From Folioceros fuciformis (lineage: Eukaryota): DNA of 35,069 nt. Below the pieces are notes generated by a model. The model did no database searches. It had not been told where the DNA came from and was given only the letters and a program-made list of their open reading frames with translations. A program made the translations under genes and the position numbers. Shown here piece by piece: positions 33,516-35,069 of this stretch. The stretch spans positions 68,765 through 103,833 of the forward strand of contig JBNGIO010006043.1 of NCBI GenBank assembly GCA_049999805.1, written 5' to 3'. Each line of letters opens with the position of its first letter. Position 1 is the first letter of the stretch.

Positions 33516-34238
33516 ATGGCCCTCGCGATGGCAGCAGGACGAGCACCAGCGTGCGATCTTCAGAGTTTAAAAGCACAAACACGGCGCACCAACAGCACCC
33601 ACCATCACCACTACCGACGCGATCAGCCGCAGCACCCCCGCACCACAATCTGGACTCAAATTGACAACCTAGTAGAGGAGAATGGTCCGATCACTCGCTC
33701 CTGGCACCATCTCCAATCGGAGACAGGAGAGGGAGCAAGCAAGCATGGAGACGTCGTGTGTTGTGGATAGCACGCCCAGTAGCCTTGAACATGAGAGCCA
33801 CCTGGCCAGGAGTGTCGGCCAGCGGAATCGAGAAAAGAAGAAGCCGCAACCTACAGCGCCAATAGGAGGAGAGAGTTTGATGCCCAATTGGCGAACGACC
33901 GCTGACTCCCGGCACCTGTTGCATCTGCAAGACATCTCTGAAACAAAAAGAACCTAGAGCTCTCAAGATTGCTGCTCCAAACTCAAACAGTGGTAGAAGA
34001 ACTCGCTGGCCTTCTCATAAACAGCGCAGCACCAACCACCAGCACCCACCCCAGGCCGCTCACTCGTGGAGAAATTCGAGACATAATCAAGGAAATAAAA
34101 GGAAGACGAGCAAGAAGTGAGGTATTTCTCAATGCTGCTGTCAATCCCAGCACTGTTCCAGTGTGTGTGTGTGTCCCTGTAGCCACGGAAGAACGTTGTC
34201 ATGCCTTGTTTTGTTTCACTGTTGTGGCCTTATGTTAA
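33516..34238 (+). pseudogene. Decayed antisense extra ORF between copia pol and the 3' LTR
   Basis: ORFs 33516-33770 and 33969-34238 are in the same frame. The intervening segment reads AESRKEEAATYSANRRREFDAQLANDR..KNLELSRLLLQ with several stops. Confidence 0.35.
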
Positions 34239-34493
34239 AGCGTGACTTTGCTCCTAACCCAGTTGCTGCTAACCAAGCTCACGATTGGATTTGTAACCAT
34301 GATGCTTCATCCATTGAACTGACAGCAGCCATGTACTTTCTGTTGATGTCCAACACTCTTGCAGGCACCCTGATCCAGAAGAGCATAGGAGAGTGAAGCT
34401 AAAAATTAGCTAAGTAAGCGCAGATCATTCTTGCTTCAATAAATCAGATTCAATAAATCAGATCCACTTCACTCTCCCTTTTAATGTAAGAAA

Positions 34494-35069
34494 TCAGGAT
34501 TTAGAAATAGGGATGGGGAGCTTAAACTCCCTGAGGCCCAAAGACGCAAGATGCTGAAAATGTCTTGGTTGTGGAAGACCTTTTGTCAGGATATCAGCAA
34601 CATTTTCTGATGTTGCCACATATTGTACATGAACTAAACCACGTTCTGCAACATCCCTAATGTAATGGTGATAAAGTTCAATATGCTTTGTTCTCGCATG
34701 GAATCTAGGATTAGCCACAAGGGCGATAGCTGACATATTATCACAGAACAATGGGGTGGCCTCAGTCTGCGTCAACTTGACAGAATCCAGGTACTGCCGT
34801 TCCCATTCCACTTCTTTACAAGCGTCCGTTAATGCCTTATATTCGGCCTCTGTAGAAGAGAGTGCCAACGATGCTTGTTTCTTACATGACCAGTTGACAG
34901 CCCCGGAAGCTAATATGCATACATATGCAGATAAGCTTCGTCTAGTATCGGCATCGGCTGCCCAGTCTGCATCTGCAAAGGATGAGAGAATGAACTTCTT
35001 GCTTCCACTTGATATATAATGGAGACCATAAGCCAGAGTACCCTTAAGGTACCTATATATTCTTTTTAC
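34494..35069 (-). CDS. pol: Copia pol polyprotein C-terminus (RT end and RNase H)
   Basis: KRIYRYLKGT, FADADWA, WSCKKQ..ALSSTEAEY, CDNMSAI, HARTKHI, ADILTK; no stops from the window edge to 34494. Confidence 0.95.
   Translation of the reverse strand, partial: VKRIYRYLKGTLAYGLHYISSGSKKFILSSFADADWAADADTRRSLSAYVCILASGAVNWSCKKQASLALSSTEAEYKALTDACKEVEWERQYLDSVKLTQTEATPLFCDNMSAIALVANPRFHARTKHIELYHHYIRDVAERGLVHVQYVATSENVADILTKGLPQPRHFQHLASLGLREFKLPIPISKS

Larger units (their letters stand above)
32886..35069 (-). mobile_element. Ty1/copia LTR retrotransposon, 3' portion (runs off the right edge)
   Basis: Intact RT/RNase H coding end, ~1.1-kb 3' region, polypurine tract AAGTGGGGG abutting a TGTTAA...TTAACA LTR. 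Confidence 0.92.

Overview
Gene-dense eukaryotic (land-plant) nuclear DNA with short introns. A hornwort or other seed-free plant is inferred from the WW-type PLS-PPR gene and the compact gene structure, but is not proven. Seven protein-coding genes can be modelled by hand, in order: an At4g08455-like BTB/POZ protein (+), an autoinhibited P2B Ca2+-ATPase (-, with a 100-N assembly gap in exon 1), an Oca6-like PFA-DSP pseudophosphatase (-, one GC-AG intron) head-to-head with a 29-motif PLS-class PPR protein that has E1/E2 and a WW-type PG box but no DYW catalytic core (+), an assimilatory nitrate reductase (+), a conserved uncharacterised plant protein (+), and a clade-IV-like BAHD acyltransferase (-). 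Accessory DNA comprises an AT-rich Helitron-like insertion carrying an intact orphan 268-aa ORF (447-2318), a repeat-flanked DNA-transposon-like island with a decayed spliced orphan gene (~10.55-13.56 kb), and nested LTR retrotransposons at the right end, the youngest Ty1/copia carrying a decayed antisense extra ORF. All assignments come from motif recognition by eye; no database search was run.
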